Positions 1-9,505 of a DNA stretch of 64,000 nt are shown here, piece after piece. The notes below the pieces were generated by a model that did no database searches, was not told where the DNA came from, and was given only the letters and a program-made list of their open reading frames with translations. The stretch comes from a virus: the IMG/VR virus record IMGVR_UViG_3300031974_002457, positions 3,436 through 67,435 of that record. One strand, 5' to 3'. Every line of letters starts with the position of its first letter. The stretch's first letter is position 1. Position numbers and translations under genes: made by a program.

Positions 1-1
1 T

Positions 2-718
2 ATCATTGCAAAGTTGAAAGATGATACCCATTACTATGGAGACTTTGGTAAGAAGTACTTGAGTAATTCTGATATTAGTACGTTATTAACTAACCCTCTA
101 GCATTAGGACAACCAAGTAAACCTTCATCAGCATTTTTAGTAGGTGGTTATTTCCATACAGCAATACTTGAGCCAGATAAACTCAAAAAGTATAAGGTTA
201 TACCGTCAACAACTAGAAATACAAAGATGTACAAAGAAATGTCGGGTGGTGAATTATGCTTGTTACAACATGAAGTTGATCACATTGAACTGATGACTGA
301 GAAAATGATGAACAACGATGTTTGTAGAAGTTTAATTCAAGCTGACAAGTGTGAATATGAATTACCAGGTGTAGATAAGGTAGGTAAATATATGTGGAAA
401 GGTAAGGCAGATATTGTAAATCACACAGATAAGTTAGTAGTAGATATTAAAACTACCGCGGACATACTAAAATTTAAAAACAGTGCTTATCGTTATAATT
501 ACGATTCACAAGCTTACATATACCAGACATTGTTTGGTTATGATATGGTGTTTATCGTAATAGATAAAACAACACATCAACTCGGTGTGTTTGACTGTTC
601 ACCTGAGTTTATATCTTCAGGTAAAGACAAAGTTGATAGAGCAGAAGATGCTTATGAGCTGTTCTATAAAACTAAGGATTTTAATCCAAAACAATATTTC
701 ATAAGCAAAACACTTTAA
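2..718 (+). CDS. PD-(D/E)XK exonuclease, RecE/exonuclease VIII-like (5' truncated)
   Basis: Frame open from the window edge; motifs LSNSDI, GGYFHTAILEP, KGKADIV, VDIKTT, YDSQAYIY. Confidence 0.75.
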   Translation: MIAKLKDDTHYYGDFGKKYLSNSDISTLLTNPLALGQPSKPSSAFLVGGYFHTAILEPDKLKKYKVIPSTTRNTKMYKEMSGGELCLLQHEVDHIELMTEKMMNNDVCRSLIQADKCEYELPGVDKVGKYMWKGKADIVNHTDKLVVDIKTTADILKFKNSAYRYNYDSQAYIYQTLFGYDMVFIVIDKTTHQLGVFDCSPEFISSGKDKVDRAEDAYELFYKTKDFNPKQYFISKTL

Positions 719-727
719 TTTAATAAT

Positions 728-895
728 ATGGCAAGAACAAGAAAAAGAACGTGCACCGTATCAGGTGTTACAACAAGTACAAACAATTTTTACACAAATC
801 AAAATCATGTAAAAGCTGTGGATAACTTAAGAAGAACGTCTGGTGCTACTAAAGCTCAGATGACTAGAATGTTTAACCAATTACAAACTTATTAA
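728..895 (+). CDS. small hypothetical protein, 55 aa (MARTRKRTCTVSG...)
   Basis: ATG 728 to TAA 895 read from the sequence; fills the intergenic gap; A-rich upstream. Confidence 0.6.
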   Translation: MARTRKRTCTVSGVTTSTNNFYTNQNHVKAVDNLRRTSGATKAQMTRMFNQLQTY

Positions 896-897
896 TT

Positions 898-1215
898 ATG
901 GCGAGTATAATAGCTACAAGTATTAATCTTTCAGGAATACCCAAAGATAAAATTATCGAAGGTAAGAAAGGTAAATACTTACCTTTAACAATTACTATTA
1001 ATGATGAGGTAGATCAGTTTGGTAATCAAGGTCCTGTAGTCGTTCAACAAACGAAAGAGGAAAGAGATGCTAAAGTTGAAAAGACTTATCTTGGTAATGT
1101 TAAAGTAGTATGGACTAACGGTGATAATGTAGCCGTTGCTCCAAGACAAGATCAGCCAGTTGCACAAGCAGCACCAGCTGCGGCAGCTGCACCAGTAGAT
1201 GATTTACCATTTTAA
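898..1215 (+). CDS. single-stranded DNA-binding protein (Bacteroidota phage type)
   Basis: Small beta-rich core, Ala/Pro linker, acidic C-terminal DDLPF; lies next to the primase-helicase. Confidence 0.7.
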   Translation: MASIIATSINLSGIPKDKIIEGKKGKYLPLTITINDEVDQFGNQGPVVVQQTKEERDAKVEKTYLGNVKVVWTNGDNVAVAPRQDQPVAQAAPAAAAAPVDDLPF

Positions 1216-1224
1216 ATATTATAG

Positions 1225-2952
1225 ATGCAAGTAGAAAATAAAGAGATCAATGGGTTTATGATTGACGAGTTCAATCAATACGGTCTTGATGTGGGTAAGA
1301 CACAGGGGATTTGTCCTCTGTGTTCTCACACCAGGAAGCCTGATAATAAGAAGAAAAAATGTGCTTCTTATGATTGGGAACGTGGTCTCGGTACTTGTCA
1401 CAACTGTGATTCAACTTTTCAACTACATACTTACGAGCGTAAGGGTGCTAGCGATCGTGAATACGTTCGTCCGAGTTTCTCTACAAAAACTCACAAAGCA
1501 CCGAGTAGTAAAGTTGTAGAATGGTTTAAGTCAAGAGGAATATCTCAGGGTACTTTAGAAGCGTTAAATGTTTCTGAAGGCCCTGAGTTTATGCCTCAGA
1601 CTGGCAAAGAAGAGAACACGATTAAGTTTAATTACTTTATGGGTAATCAACTTATCAATATTAAATATCGTGATGGTCGCAAGAATTTTAAATTATACAA
1701 AGGCGCTGAAAAAGTATTTTATAATATTAACAGTATAGTTAATAATGATACTTGCGTTATTGTAGAAGGAGAGATCGATGCATTATCATTACATGAGGCA
1801 GGTGTGCCTAACGTAGTCTCAGTGCCTAACGGCGCAACGTTAAATCACAACAACTTAGATTATCTTGATAATTGTATAGATTATTTTGAAGATAAAACTA
1901 AAATAATTCTAGCAGTAGATGCTGACGAACCTGGTACTATGTTAAAACAAGAGTTTATACGTAGGCTTGGTGCAGAGAACTGTTATATAGTAGACTTCTT
2001 AGATTGTAAAGATGCAAACGAGTTTTTAATTAAATACGGTGCAGACGATCTACGCAGTGCTATACACATGGCTCAGCAAGTACCACTAGAAAATGTAACA
2101 ACTCTAAAAAATATAGAAGGTGAACTTAAGGACTTTGTTAAACACGGTTTTAAACCAGGCTTTCAAATTGGTTTACAAAACTTTGACGAAATATTCAGTA
2201 CATACACTGGTCAGTTCATTACTGTTACTGGTATACCTAGTAGCGGTAAGTCTGATTTTGTTGACCAAATGGTTGTAGGCTATAATAAGATGTATGGTTG
2301 GAAAACAGCCTTTGCATCGCCTGAAAATCAACCTATATATTTACATGCGCATAAGTTAATGCGTAAAACTTGGGGTGATATGCCATCGCCAGGTGATATT
2401 GGCGGTAGTAAATGGAAGGAAGTATCAGATCACGTTAATGACAACTATTACTTTATAGACATGGATAAATATAGTTTAGAATCTGTGTTGCGTAAAGGCG
2501 CTGAGCTTGTTAAACGTAAAGGTATTAAATGCCTTGTGATAGATCCTTATAATAAGATCAGAGATGTAAATGCAGTATCAGATGATGTTAATAGATATAC
2601 TATGGATTATCTATCAAAGATAGAATCATTTTGTAAAAAGTATGACGTTTTAACGTTTATTGTAGCACATCCTACTAAAATGCAACGAGATCAAAACGGT
2701 AAGATACAAGAACCAACTATGTATAACATTAAAGGTGGTGGTGAATGGTACGATGCTAGTTATCATGGCTTGTTAGTACATAGAGATTACGAAGCTAAAA
2801 ATACTAAAGTTAAAGTATTAAAAGTTAAATTTCAAAACCTCGGTGAAAACGGTGCTGAATCGTTTTTTACTTGGGAACCTAAGTCAGGTTCTTTTATACC
2901 GCAGGTTAATGTATTAGACGAGAAGAAAGATGAGTCCTTACCGTGGGAATAA
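1225..2952 (+). CDS. DNA primase-helicase (T7 gp4/Twinkle-like)
   Basis: Zn finger CPLC...CHNC, TOPRIM EGEIDALS and DADEPG, Walker A GIPSSGKS, IDPYN, VAHPTK. Confidence 0.93.
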   Translation: MQVENKEINGFMIDEFNQYGLDVGKTQGICPLCSHTRKPDNKKKKCASYDWERGLGTCHNCDSTFQLHTYERKGASDREYVRPSFSTKTHKAPSSKVVEWFKSRGISQGTLEALNVSEGPEFMPQTGKEENTIKFNYFMGNQLINIKYRDGRKNFKLYKGAEKVFYNINSIVNNDTCVIVEGEIDALSLHEAGVPNVVSVPNGATLNHNNLDYLDNCIDYFEDKTKIILAVDADEPGTMLKQEFIRRLGAENCYIVDFLDCKDANEFLIKYGADDLRSAIHMAQQVPLENVTTLKNIEGELKDFVKHGFKPGFQIGLQNFDEIFSTYTGQFITVTGIPSSGKSDFVDQMVVGYNKMYGWKTAFASPENQPIYLHAHKLMRKTWGDMPSPGDIGGSKWKEVSDHVNDNYYFIDMDKYSLESVLRKGAELVKRKGIKCLVIDPYNKIRDVNAVSDDVNRYTMDYLSKIESFCKKYDVLTFIVAHPTKMQRDQNGKIQEPTMYNIKGGGEWYDASYHGLLVHRDYEAKNTKVKVLKVKFQNLGENGAESFFTWEPKSGSFIPQVNVLDEKKDESLPWE

Positions 2953-2962
2953 AAAGCTTACA

Positions 2963-3205
2963 ATGGGTGAATACACCCGAAATGATGAAGAAGAAGCAGC
3001 AAGATTATGGTGTTTTTACAACGATATAGTTATAACACCTCGTCAAGCTAAATGGGGCGAACCTATTTGGTATATAGATATTGAGAAAGGTAAATATCCT
3101 AATCGTACAAAGTTAGGTACAGATCCTCATGTTTATGGACCAGGTAGAATATGGCAAAAAATAAGCGAGTATCAATTATATTATTATAAGAAATATGGAA
3201 AATAG
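2963..3205 (+). CDS. hypothetical protein
   Basis: ORF track 2930..3205; internal ATG 2963 avoids overlap with the primase. Confidence 0.55.
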   Translation: MGEYTRNDEEEAARLWCFYNDIVITPRQAKWGEPIWYIDIEKGKYPNRTKLGTDPHVYGPGRIWQKISEYQLYYYKKYGK

Positions 3206-3836
3206 ATTTTATAACGCTAATCATGCATACAATTACTTGTGGGATTATATAAGAAAAGAAGGTGTAGACTTTGATAATACAAAAGCTATATTCAACTGTG
3301 GTTTTTATATAAAGTTTCCATTAGAAAATTATATAACAAACGAGCATCGTAATTGGAAGCCTGATTATGCTGAGGCTGAATGGCAATGGTATTTGTCTGG
3401 CGACAACAGTATCGCAAAGCTTGGTACTATATATGGCAAGATACCACCAATATGGGTACGAATGGCTAATAGACAGGGTTTAGTTAATAGTAATTATGGT
3501 TGGCAATGGCAACGTGAAAATCAATTAGAATACGTTATCAAAAAGCTAAAGAAAAATAAAGAAACTAGACACGCTGCAATTAGTATATACGATTGTAAAG
3601 AGCATGACAATTACAAGAAAGATACCCCTTGTACGTATGCTGTTCAATTTACAATTATTAATGACAAACTTAATATGTCTGTTTATATGCGATCTAATGA
3701 TCTCTGGTACGGTTTCTGTAATGACCAATACTGTTTTAGTAAGTTACAGGAATTAGTTGCAGAGAGATTAAATATGGAGGTCGGATGGTATTATCATCAT
3801 GCACATAACATGCATATTTATAATGACAAACTATGA
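3195..3836 (+). CDS. thymidylate synthase-fold enzyme, dCMP hydroxymethylase (T4 gp42)-like
   Basis: VNSNYGW, catalytic PC, and MRSNDLWYGFCND with Asp at the position equivalent to ThyA Asn177. Confidence 0.8.
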   Translation: MENRFYNANHAYNYLWDYIRKEGVDFDNTKAIFNCGFYIKFPLENYITNEHRNWKPDYAEAEWQWYLSGDNSIAKLGTIYGKIPPIWVRMANRQGLVNSNYGWQWQRENQLEYVIKKLKKNKETRHAAISIYDCKEHDNYKKDTPCTYAVQFTIINDKLNMSVYMRSNDLWYGFCNDQYCFSKLQELVAERLNMEVGWYYHHAHNMHIYNDKL

Positions 3837-4624
3837 TGTATTATATTTATCATATTCCAGGTAAAAAAATAGGTGTTACCTGTGATCTTAATAACCGGGT
3901 CACAGTTCAACAAGGATACTCACCTGGAGAGTATGACATATTAGATAGCTCTGAAGATATAGATTATATATCTAGTAAAGAGATAGAATTACAACGTGAA
4001 TGGGGTTACCGAGTAGATATGGTACCTTATAGAAACTTAAATAAAAATAAGAATATGACTTTTAATGTGACTGAACAAACTACAACTTTTCCTTGTCCAG
4101 TAGATAAACTTAAAGGCAGATTATTTGATATGATCGGCTATAAGTGGACAACGGATCACGGCGATTTTGCAATTACTCCACGTACAATAGACTGGATAAT
4201 GAAAAATGTAAAAACGTCTATGTTTAATAACGACAGATCTTATGTATATAATAAAGCCTTCTCTGTGTTTGTAGAGAATAATGATATTGTAGACATAACA
4301 AAACCTGTTAAATGCTCTAAGAAACCTTTAAAAATGTTTGAAAACATTAGACAATGGGCTAATGATAGAGGCATATACGACAAAGGTGATACAAAAACAC
4401 AATTAATCAAATTACAAGAGGAAATGGGTGAGCTAGCTAAAGCTACACTAGAAAAAGACCAAAAAGAAGTTATTGATGCTATTGGTGATATGGTGGTAGT
4501 ACTAACTAACTTAGCACATTTAAACAACGTGAACATAGAAACGTGTATAGCAACAGCGTACAACGTAATATCAAAACGTACAGGTAAAATGGTTAACGGA
4601 ACATTTGTTAAAGATGCAGATTAA
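3833..4624 (+). CDS. MazG-like NTP pyrophosphohydrolase with an N-terminal GIY-YIG-like region
   Basis: C-terminal KLQEEMGEL...DAIGDMVVVLTNLA; N-terminal YYIYHIPGKKIGVT. Confidence 0.75.
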   Translation: MMYYIYHIPGKKIGVTCDLNNRVTVQQGYSPGEYDILDSSEDIDYISSKEIELQREWGYRVDMVPYRNLNKNKNMTFNVTEQTTTFPCPVDKLKGRLFDMIGYKWTTDHGDFAITPRTIDWIMKNVKTSMFNNDRSYVYNKAFSVFVENNDIVDITKPVKCSKKPLKMFENIRQWANDRGIYDKGDTKTQLIKLQEEMGELAKATLEKDQKEVIDAIGDMVVVLTNLAHLNNVNIETCIATAYNVISKRTGKMVNGTFVKDAD

Positions 4625-4838
4625 AACAAAAGATAAGATAGTACAAGCAGTACTAAGGAAGATGGACAATCGTAGTATTGTAGGCCAAAAGAAATATGGT
4701 CAAACAATGCAAGACGAAATAGAAACTGGCAAGAAAAATTTATACGACTTTTTAGTTGATGTGCAAGAAGAGATAATGGATGCGTTGTTGTATATTGAAG
4801 CAGCTAAAAAATGTATTGAAGATGAGAAGAAAGATTAG
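4614..4838 (+). CDS. small all-alpha NTP pyrophosphatase-like protein
   Basis: GQKKYG...QEEIMDALLY motif. Confidence 0.5.
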   Translation: MQIKTKDKIVQAVLRKMDNRSIVGQKKYGQTMQDEIETGKKNLYDFLVDVQEEIMDALLYIEAAKKCIEDEKKD

Positions 4839-5277
4839 AAGAAAGAAAGGACCTGTCAGAAGTAACAAAGTTACTTTTGATGGGATAACCTTTGCGTCAG
4901 GGCTAGAAAAATATATGCACATTGCTCTTAAAAAAGCTAAGATACAAGCTGTTTATGAAGGACATACTTACGAGATATTTCCAGCGTATCAATTTGAGTC
5001 TTCAGCTTTTGAGAGATGTGCTAATGGTAAAGGTGAATATAAAGATCGTGGACATAAAAAGATATTAAATATATCTTATACACCAGACTTTATGGGTAAA
5101 GGCTTTATTATTGAATGTAAAGGTAGAGCAAACGAAAGTTTTCCTTTACGTTGGAAAATGTTTAAGAAATATGTTCAAGAACATTTGCCTAATGTGATAT
5201 TATATAAACCACAAAATCAAAAAGAATGCGACGAAACGGTAAGACTAATTTTAAAGAACAACAGAACAAACAAATAG
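4822..5277 (+). CDS. endonuclease I-like Holliday junction resolvase
   Basis: FASGLE, YTPDF, IIECKG (T7 gp3-like PD-(D/E)XK); ATG at 4822. Confidence 0.75.
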   Translation: MRRKIRRKKGPVRSNKVTFDGITFASGLEKYMHIALKKAKIQAVYEGHTYEIFPAYQFESSAFERCANGKGEYKDRGHKKILNISYTPDFMGKGFIIECKGRANESFPLRWKMFKKYVQEHLPNVILYKPQNQKECDETVRLILKNNRTNK

Positions 5278-5402
5278 CAAGACGTATGTACGCGTTAAGA
5301 AAAATTGATACATTTATCAAGTGGACAATAACACAAAGAGGTTATTTAAAGTGGAAACATTTAAAAGAACAATACGAAAAATATAATTTACCATGGCAAT
5401 AA
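5226..5402 (+). CDS. small basic hypothetical protein, 58 aa
   Basis: ATG 5226 to TAA 5402 read from the sequence; below the ORF track cutoff. Confidence 0.45.
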   Translation: MRRNGKTNFKEQQNKQIARRMYALRKIDTFIKWTITQRGYLKWKHLKEQYEKYNLPWQ

Positions 5403-5530
5403 GAACATTATCAGCATACAGGTTTAAAGCTAAAAAGAAAAGACCTGGTGTGCATAGTAAAAATAGAAACACAAAACAAAAAACAGGTAAGTATTACGCA
5501 GGTACTCCTTACCGAGGACAAGGAAGATAA
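5393..5530 (+). CDS. small basic protein ending YRGQGR, 45 aa
   Basis: MAIRTLSAYRFKAKKKRPGVHSKNRNTKQKTGKYYAGTPYRGQGR; C-terminal motif recalled from other small phage proteins. Confidence 0.65.
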   Translation: MAIRTLSAYRFKAKKKRPGVHSKNRNTKQKTGKYYAGTPYRGQGR

Positions 5531-5531
5531 T

Positions 5532-5672
5532 ATGAAAAGTTGGGAATTAAGTTTTGGCCTGTTTACAGGTGTTTTGTTTGGATATAGATCGTATCCAGAT
5601 GTAGAAAACAATAAGATAGATCACGTATTTTATGTATTTATATTCGACATTTGTTTAACCTTACAATATTAA
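5532..5672 (+). CDS. small hydrophobic hypothetical protein, 46 aa
   Basis: ATG directly after the previous stop; internal start of track ORF 5448..5672. Confidence 0.55.
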   Translation: MKSWELSFGLFTGVLFGYRSYPDVENNKIDHVFYVFIFDICLTLQY

Positions 5673-5675
5673 TAT

Positions 5676-6644
5676 ATGGGATTATTTGATAATAGAATAG
5701 CATATAAACCTTTTGAGTACCCTGAGTATTACACTGAGGGTTGGTTGAAACAAGCTCAAGCATTTTGGTTACACACAGAAATACCTATGTCAGGTGATGT
5801 AAAAGACTGGAACGAAAAATTAACAGAAGCAGAAAAAAACTTAGTAGGTAATATATTGCTAGGTTTTGCTCAAACTGAATGTGCGGTATCAGATTACTGG
5901 ACACAGAAGGTAGTATCATGGTTTCCAAAACACGAAATACAGCAAATGGCCATGATGTTTGGTAGTCAAGAGACAATACATGCTGTAGCTTATAGTTATT
6001 TAAATGAAACATTGGGACTTGAAGACTTTGAAGCGTTTTTACATGAGCCAGCTACTGCTGAGCGTTTTGATAATCTCGTTGCATATGATGGCTCCGACCC
6101 TGTTGATATTGGTAGATCACTGGCTATTTTTAGTGCTTTCGCTGAAGGAGTTTCTTTATATAGTGCTTTTGCAGTACTTTATTCTTTTCAGTTACGTAAT
6201 CTACTTAAAGGTATCGGGCAACAAATGAAATGGTCTGTAAGAGACGAAAGTCTACACTCGCGTATGGGTTGTAGATTGTATAGACATATGTGTGAAGAAA
6301 AAGACTTTTTAAAAGAGACTTGTAAACCACATATTGTAGACGCAGCACATATTATGCATGATGCTGAAATGAAGTATATAGATAAGATGTTTGAGGCAGG
6401 AGATATTGAAGGGTTGAAATCTTATGATTTAAAACAATTTATAAAGAAAAGATTAAATGAAAAACTTGTGGAGCTCGGATACAACGAACTCGCAAAAGAA
6501 TTTGACTACGACAAAGAAGCCGCGAAAAACTTGGATTGGTTTTATCATCTTACTGGTGGGCATACTCATACCGATTTTTTTGCTATCAGGCCAACAGACT
6601 ACAGCAAAGCGAACGAAGGAGAAGATTTTGAAAATATTTGGTAA
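5676..6644 (+). CDS. nrdB: ribonucleotide reductase class I beta subunit
   Basis: Di-iron ligands ETIHAVAYS, EGVSLYSAF, RDESLH; C-terminal HTDFFA. Confidence 0.95.
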   Translation: MGLFDNRIAYKPFEYPEYYTEGWLKQAQAFWLHTEIPMSGDVKDWNEKLTEAEKNLVGNILLGFAQTECAVSDYWTQKVVSWFPKHEIQQMAMMFGSQETIHAVAYSYLNETLGLEDFEAFLHEPATAERFDNLVAYDGSDPVDIGRSLAIFSAFAEGVSLYSAFAVLYSFQLRNLLKGIGQQMKWSVRDESLHSRMGCRLYRHMCEEKDFLKETCKPHIVDAAHIMHDAEMKYIDKMFEAGDIEGLKSYDLKQFIKKRLNEKLVELGYNELAKEFDYDKEAAKNLDWFYHLTGGHTHTDFFAIRPTDYSKANEGEDFENIW

Positions 6645-6649
6645 ATAAT

Positions 6650-8371
6650 ATGTGGAGTAACAGATGGAAAAAAGGCGTTGATTACCCAGAGTGGGCAGAC
6701 GCCGAGGTATACAAAAAAACTATAACAGGAGGTTATCTTTATAATGGAGAAACACCTCGTGAGGCTTATATGCGAGTTGCAAAGACAGTCGCTATGAGAC
6801 TTAAAAAGCCAGATATGGCTGATACATTTTTTGATTACATATGGAAAGGCTGGTTATGTCTAGCCTCTCCTGTGTTATCAAATACAGGTACTGATAGAGG
6901 ATTACCAATATCATGCTTTGGTATTGATGTTGCTGATAGTATTTATGACATAGGGCAGAAAAACCTAGAGATGATGTTATTAGCTAAACATGGAGGAGGA
7001 GTTGGTATTGGTATAAATATGATCAGACCTTCAGGTGCAGAGATTACAATGAACGGTACATCAGATGGTGTTGTACCATTTTGTAAGTTGTATGACTCTA
7101 GTATATTAGCTACTAATCAAGGAGCTGTACGTAGAGGTGCTGCGTCAGTTAATTTAAACATTGATCACAAAGACTGGGAAGACTGGTTAGAAATTAGAGA
7201 ACCTAAAGGTGATGTTAATAGACAATCATTAAACCTACATCAATGTACTATTATCGGTGATAAGTTTATGCGTAAGCTTAGAGACGGTGATAAAGTTGCA
7301 AGGCGTAAATGGGGTAAATTACTTCAGAAACGTAAAGCAACTGGTGAACCTTATATTATGTTTAAAGGTAACGTTAATAAACAAAACCCAAGCATGTATA
7401 AGGATAATGCTCTGAAAGTGTTTATGACAAACATATGTTCAGAGATAGTATTACACACGGATGAAAACCATAGCTTTGTATGTTGCTTATCTAGTTTAAA
7501 TCTAGCTAAGTATCATGAGTGGAAAGACTCAAACTTAATATACGATAGCATATGGTTTTTAGACGGTGTATTAGAGGAATTTATACAAAAAGCAAAAAAC
7601 AGGAGAGGCTTTGAAAATGCTGTAAGATCTGCTGAAAAAGGTAGAGCACTTGGTTTAGGTGTTTTAGGTTGGCATACATATCTACAGCAAAAAGGCTTTC
7701 CATTTGAAGGATTATTAGCACAATATGAAACAAGAAGAATTTTTAGTCAAATTAAAATCGAGTCTGAAAGAGCTTCAATGGCTCTTGCTGAAACTTTTGG
7801 AGAACCTCTTTGGTGTGTCGGTACTGGCTTTCGCAATACCCATTTACGCGCTATTGCTCCCACTGTATCTAATAGCAAGCTTGCTGGGAATATCTCTGCC
7901 GGGATTGAACCATGGGCAGCTAACATCTTTACAGACCAAAGTGCAAAGGGAACTTTCATCAGAAAAAACCCTACACTTGTAGAAGAACTAGAGAAACACA
8001 ATTTAAATACAGATAAAATATGGGAACAAATACTAAGAGATGGTGGCTCAATACAAGGCATCAAAGCATTAGACAAAATTACTTGCGGAGAGCACGACAT
8101 ACCAATCAAAGACGTATACAAAACATTTAAGGAAATAAATCAGTTGGAATTAGTTAATCAAGCTGGTATACGACAGCAATACATAGATCAAGCTGTTAGT
8201 TTGAATTTAGCTTTTCCATCTGAAGCAGATCCTAAATGGATTAATAAAGTGCATTTAGAAGCACATAAGAAAGGTATAAAAACTTTATACTACATGAGAA
8301 CTGAGTCTGTATTGAGAGGTGATATTGCCGCTCAAGCTATGGACCCTAATTGTTTAAGTTGCGATGGATAG
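6650..8371 (+). CDS. nrdA: ribonucleotide reductase class I alpha subunit (no ATP cone)
   Basis: PISCF, TNICSEI, CCLSSLNL, APTVSNS, KTLYY, C-terminal CLSC. Confidence 0.95.
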   Translation: MWSNRWKKGVDYPEWADAEVYKKTITGGYLYNGETPREAYMRVAKTVAMRLKKPDMADTFFDYIWKGWLCLASPVLSNTGTDRGLPISCFGIDVADSIYDIGQKNLEMMLLAKHGGGVGIGINMIRPSGAEITMNGTSDGVVPFCKLYDSSILATNQGAVRRGAASVNLNIDHKDWEDWLEIREPKGDVNRQSLNLHQCTIIGDKFMRKLRDGDKVARRKWGKLLQKRKATGEPYIMFKGNVNKQNPSMYKDNALKVFMTNICSEIVLHTDENHSFVCCLSSLNLAKYHEWKDSNLIYDSIWFLDGVLEEFIQKAKNRRGFENAVRSAEKGRALGLGVLGWHTYLQQKGFPFEGLLAQYETRRIFSQIKIESERASMALAETFGEPLWCVGTGFRNTHLRAIAPTVSNSKLAGNISAGIEPWAANIFTDQSAKGTFIRKNPTLVEELEKHNLNTDKIWEQILRDGGSIQGIKALDKITCGEHDIPIKDVYKTFKEINQLELVNQAGIRQQYIDQAVSLNLAFPSEADPKWINKVHLEAHKKGIKTLYYMRTESVLRGDIAAQAMDPNCLSCDG

Positions 8372-9164
8372 AATAACAATAGAACAAATACTAGACCCAA
8401 TAACACCAAGAAAGTTTTTTAAAGAATATTGGAATAAAAAACATTTAGTTATAAGAAGGAATAGTTTTAAAAATCTATATACTTGGAATCATTTTAGCAA
8501 TTATTTAAATCAATATCCTAAGATAAATAATCTTCAGATAATAGATTATAATGATAAAAATGATAGATGGTGTTTAGATAAAATTAGAAAAGGTGAATTA
8601 AAAGCACCGATGATAAGTAAACAAAAGGTTTATGATCTGTTTAAAAACAAAAACAAAACAATTGTAATACCATTTGCTGAATATCAAAATAAAGCTTTAG
8701 TTGATGTTTGTTTTACGCTTGAAAGATTTTTTGGTTCAGGTCAATCAAATGTTTATATTTCACCATCTGCTAAATCAAAATCATTTCCAGCTCACGCTGA
8801 TAGTACTGAAAACTTTTTGTTTCATACTGAAGGTAGAGTTAAATGGAAAATATATGAAGAGTTTGCGCCTGGTAAACCTAAAAATGTTATAGATGAGTTT
8901 ATACTAGAAGCAGGTGATTTATTATATATACCACAGTTTCAGTTTCATGAAGTAGAAACTATTGGACCAAGAATACTTGTTAGTTGTCATTTTAAAAACA
9001 AAGAAAGGCAATCAATAAATAATTTTAAAGTAACTCAAATAGAGGATAGCAAAAGAAACAAATGGTACAATTGGAAACCAGAGCTTTATATTAATGATAA
9101 AATTAACCCCGACTTTGCTTATAATTTTAGGCATACAGGTGGTTGGAAAAAGAAATATTTATGA
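8364..9164 (+). CDS. JmjC/cupin 2OG-Fe(II) oxygenase, YcfD/RoxA-like
   Basis: FFKEYWNKKHL, HAD...EGRVKWKIY, LEAGDLLYIP..FHEV (H-x-D...H triad). Confidence 0.75.
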   Translation: MDRITIEQILDPITPRKFFKEYWNKKHLVIRRNSFKNLYTWNHFSNYLNQYPKINNLQIIDYNDKNDRWCLDKIRKGELKAPMISKQKVYDLFKNKNKTIVIPFAEYQNKALVDVCFTLERFFGSGQSNVYISPSAKSKSFPAHADSTENFLFHTEGRVKWKIYEEFAPGKPKNVIDEFILEAGDLLYIPQFQFHEVETIGPRILVSCHFKNKERQSINNFKVTQIEDSKRNKWYNWKPELYINDKINPDFAYNFRHTGGWKKKYL

Positions 9165-9505
9165 AAGCAGGAAAAATATGGGGTAAAACAGAAATGATCC
9201 ATAAAAACGGCGTCATGGAGTTTCACCGAATAGAATTTAATAAAGGATTTAAATGCTCTGAACATGAGCATAGATTTAAGTGGAACGGATTTTTTGTAGA
9301 GTCCGGTAAAATGCTTGTCAGAGTTTGGCAAGAAGATCAAGGTCTTGTTGATGAAACAATACTTGAAGCAGGTGATTTTACTATGGTTAAACCTGGTAAG
9401 GTACATCAGTTTGAAGGTATTGAAGATGGTGTTGCTTTTGAATTATATTGGGCTGAGTTTAATCACGATGATATAATCAGAAGAACAGCTGGAACTAAGA
9501 TATGA
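9161..9505 (+). CDS. cupin protein (sugar isomerase-like)
   Basis: KIWG, CSEHEH...GFFVESG, PGKVHQF; ATG at 9161. Confidence 0.7.
   Translation: MKAGKIWGKTEMIHKNGVMEFHRIEFNKGFKCSEHEHRFKWNGFFVESGKMLVRVWQEDQGLVDETILEAGDFTMVKPGKVHQFEGIEDGVAFELYWAEFNHDDIIRRTAGTKI

Noticed and set aside
1262-7982. Short same-strand alternative-frame ORFs inside the primase, nrdB and nrdA (1262, 6004, 6457, 7725)
   Set aside because: Only 63-85 codons with generic hydrophobic shadow composition; much weaker than the terL case
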